A DNA stretch of 60,820 nt, filler included, from Basidioascus undulatus (lineage: Eukaryota), in NCBI GenBank assembly GCA_000826855.1. It is 10 parts of 10 records of this genome, joined end to end, with 100 filler letters (N's around TTAATTAATTAA, not from the genome) between each part and the next. Parts side by side here need not be neighbours in the genome. Positions count along the whole stretch, not along the records: positions 56,958 to 60,820 come from JTLS01002300.1; 9 more parts are not named here. One strand, given 5' to 3'. This document shows, in pieces, positions 60,074-60,820 of the stretch. Every line of letters begins with the position of its first letter. Positions within the stretch are counted from its first letter, which is position 1. The notes under the pieces are model-generated. The model ran no database searches. It saw only the letters and a program-made list of their open reading frames with translations, and was not told where the DNA came from. The position numbers and the translations under genes are program-made.

Positions 60074-60820
60074 GCTGCTGCTGCTGCCGCTGCTGCTGCC
60101 GCTGCTGGTCCTCCGGAACGGGGCTGTTCGGCGAGACGTGGATCCCGGGCGTGACGGACGAGAACGACGTCTTGCTGTCGCCCCCGCCGGGGGAGAGGCC
60201 GACGAACGAGCTCCCGTCGCTGAAGCGCGACCCGGGCGGGGGGAGCTCGGGGACGGGGACGTCCTCCCAGCTTCTCCGGCCGTTCGAGCCGCCGTACTGA
60301 CTCTTGCGGTAGATGCTGTTGCGCGCCGTGCGCTCGAGGACCTTCTTCTCAACGAAGGGGAAATACTCGGCGAGGTGGTTAGAGATGAGCTCCGACGGCG
60401 GGCGCTGGCCGAAGAAGGTGCGCAGCTTGCGGTGCGGCGTCGAGAGGAAGCCGCTCGAGCCCGTCGCGCTCGGGCTGCGCGGGACGCCCCCCGCGGCCGC
60501 GGAGGGCGTGAGCGCCGCGGGCGGGGAGAGCGCTTCGCCCGAGCCCACGTCCGCTGCGATCGCGCCTAGCCCGGACATCACACTCATCATGCTCGCGCGG
60601 TTCGTGCGGTTGCTCGCGGGCCGCGGGAGGCGCGGTGTCGGTGCGGAGGGGCTCGCAGGCAGCTGCTGTTGCTGTTGCAGTAGTTGCTGCTGCTGCTGCG
60701 CGGGCGAGGCGTCCGCACTGCTGCCGTCGGGGCCGGTGGAGGTGAGGGCGTTGAGGCCGTGGGTGTAGGAGGCGGAGGTGGGAGTGGTGGGAGAGGTGGG
60801 CTGGCGCTTCGGCGGCCTCT
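57917..60820 (-). CDS. STE11: MAP kinase kinase kinase Ste11, 3' part
   Basis: [100 protein letters not shown]. Confidence 0.95.
59985..60107 (-). repeat. CAG microsatellite encoding a 41-codon poly-Gln tract in Ste11
   Basis: 36 CAG codons interrupted by 3 CGG and 2 CAT. Confidence 0.95.

Noticed and set aside
25013..60820. A stress/TOR/MAPK signalling gene cluster (IRE1, SEA4, SIN1, STE11)
   Set aside because: Each gene is on a separate contig ordered by length; there is no evidence of linkage.
56958..60820. Mating-type locus suggested by STE11
   Set aside because: No pheromone precursor (CaaX repeat), STE3 receptor or homeodomain gene is seen, and the contig is too short to judge.

Overview
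Eukaryotic, GC-rich, intron-dense DNA from a basidiomycete fungus. GTGCGT/GTACGT/GTGAG donors, 50-100 bp introns and basidiomycete-type orthologues point there; a Pucciniomycotina-like yeast is only my inference. The window is not one locus. It is 10 unlinked contigs joined by artificial 100-nt linkers (44 N + TTAATTAATTAA + 44 N): one of >=24.9 kb and nine of 3.86-3.91 kb, so no neighbourhood can be inferred across linkers. Recognisable genes: mitochondrial uL4, tRNA-Lys(CTT), IRE1 (5' part), GATOR2 MIOS/Sea4 (3' end), inositol monophosphatase, MPC1, complex I 9.5-kDa subunit, a MATE transporter, TORC2 Sin1 (5' part), coronin, an RRM protein, Atx1 and Ste11. The long contig is accessory-like. 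It holds two tandem paralogous genes with atypical CCHC zinc fingers, each finger split by an intron; an apparent F-box/PASK-like kinase fusion; several decaying F-box/LRR-like genes; a CpG-depleted island with a ~21-unit array of a 17-bp palindromic repeat; a decayed tRNA-Asp; and a secreted ferritin-like protein lacking metal ligands. Three apparent gene chimeras inside contigs may be misassemblies. I cannot demonstrate a complete new biological system. The best candidates are the zinc-finger pair, the F-box-kinase fusion and the palindromic array. All gene models were spliced by eye and no database searches were run.
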